64,000 bases of DNA from Macrostomum hystrix. Its lineage: Eukaryota > Animalia > Platyhelminthes. The DNA lies in assembly GCA_950097015.1 (NCBI GenBank), contig CATNEN010000011.1, positions 3,720,001 through 3,784,000 on the forward strand. The letters run 5' to 3'. Positions within the stretch are counted from its first letter, which is position 1. Each line of letters opens with the position of its first letter. Both the position numbers and the translations under genes were made by a program. This document shows positions 62,571-64,000 of the stretch, piece after piece. Below the pieces are notes generated by a model. It had not been told where the DNA came from and made no database searches. It was given only the letters and a program-made list of their open reading frames with translations.

Positions 62571-64000
62571 TCTGCCCAAAATCATGATAATTTATTTACC
62601 AACTTTGATAAGACTTTGACTAGGCCTATTTCTAATGAAGTTCAGCAACAAAACCTTTTTAAAGTCAATTTTCTAATAATTTTATCCATTAGCATTATTC
62701 TACTAACAAAACACTAGCAGAAATTTTTCCTCATTTGGCAACGATTCTTCCTATGATACTATCCTATAGCTAAATAGCTGTGAAGGATAAATAAGATTTT
62801 TAACAACATATTTCCAATAAGGCCCTACCTTTTCTATATTCTTGGCTGGCATAGCATGGGCAGCATGCTATGATATAGGCCTAGCACCCCACTTTAGTTC
62901 TTTGCTAATGAGTTGTATAGCCCAAAGCTATAGTTAGCTTGGCATAGCACTCTTTTGAGCCAAATTTTATTAAGCCAAGTTTCCTAGTGCAAGTCCATGA
63001 ACTTTGTGCAAAAATTTCAATAGGGGCCTAGGCCTATGGATAGGGGGCCTACTTGCTCCTTAGTTTTAGGCCTAAACAAGAATAGTCAATAACTTTTTCT
63101 GCTAAAAAGTAACAAATGTGTGTAAAAAACATAATTCTTTAAAACAAAGAATTGTGGTCAAACTTTGAATCTGATTTAAAGTAGGCCTAGGCCCTAGTAA
63201 TAAAGAAAAGCTAAATTTGACTGATAGGCCAAGGTAGGCCTATAATTTGGAAAACCATGAAATTAATGGTCAGTTAAATATTTCATTCTAGCTATTTATA
63301 AAATGAATACAGCCTATGGTGGCAGTCCTACCCTTATCCTTTCGGCAAGCACGAAGTTCAATTTTAACTAGGCGCGAGACAGGTCTCTAGCTAGTGGCCA
63401 AGCCACTGCTTAGGGCAGCATTATGAAACCATTAAAAGTGAGCCGTGACATTATGCATGGTAAGAAAAGCAAATAAAATACAAAAAAAGAATACAATAAG
63501 CGACTGGCTACGTCAGTAAATTTAATGGTTTAACGCAGTTAAACAGGAAATGTTACTGTAACGTTATTAACCAGCTCAGGCTATAATTGGTCGTCGGAAA
63601 TAAATTCATACAAACGTAAAGTTAATTTAGTCGTAAGCAAAATCATACGGAAACTCTATTGGCTATAACAAATACACATTCGCGCTTAGGGTCTTAAGAA
63701 ATCGCGCTATATTATTTTTTTTTTAATAATCGCATTTTGGCTTTATAACTTAAAAAGCGAATTAAAAAATCCATGATTTGTAACTTCTGTTTCGTTCAGA
63801 TCTCGTTTAGAAGAGGGCAACAAATATGATTTAATAGGACATTATTTCGGCAGATATAGGCGTAGGGACGGGGAGGAGAGTGGCGCCATGGTATCTGGTA
63901 TCTGTCCCCTCCAGATTTAAAGCGCAAAACGTTCAATTTTTTTTATTTTTACTCATATTTTTTATTCATGCTGCTCAAAGACCACTGCTATAGGAGAGTC

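Noticed and set aside
63850-63930. GC-rich patch resembling a DNA-transposon end
   Set aside because: Too short, with no partner terminus inside the window.

Overview
Eukaryotic (metazoan) genomic DNA, not prokaryotic. GC-rich exons with poly-Ala/poly-Gln runs, AT-rich intergenic DNA and minisatellite-filled introns suggest a flatworm such as Macrostomum (inference only). Six intron-containing genes lie head-to-tail, all on the minus strand. In transcription order they are NCOA4 (60893-58507), NCKAP1/Hem (55459-44278), PKN (42595-30508), RRP12 (27878-19505), TBC1D19 (18686-16584) and a class I PI3K catalytic subunit (12324-61). I reconstructed the exon chains by hand, and all junctions are phase-consistent except PI3K exon 1/2. 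About 19 of 27 introns each hold a different tandem repeat; the rest hold SINE, MITE or mariner pieces. Mobile DNA includes two tRNA-derived SINE families, a ~1 kb foldback element with a third arm copy, small MITEs and an internally deleted mariner. Most notable points: (i) every gene has a 3' splice-acceptor-like site 24-88 nt before its ATG, making this a candidate SL trans-spliced operon; (ii) a PI3K acceptor is itself part of a ~44-copy repeat unit; (iii) NCOA4 keeps the Cys cluster implicated in Fe-S/iron sensing; (iv) RRP12 has a GC-AG intron; (v) a recurring CGATA-N2-TATCG dyad. All family assignments come from remembered motifs; no database search was run.
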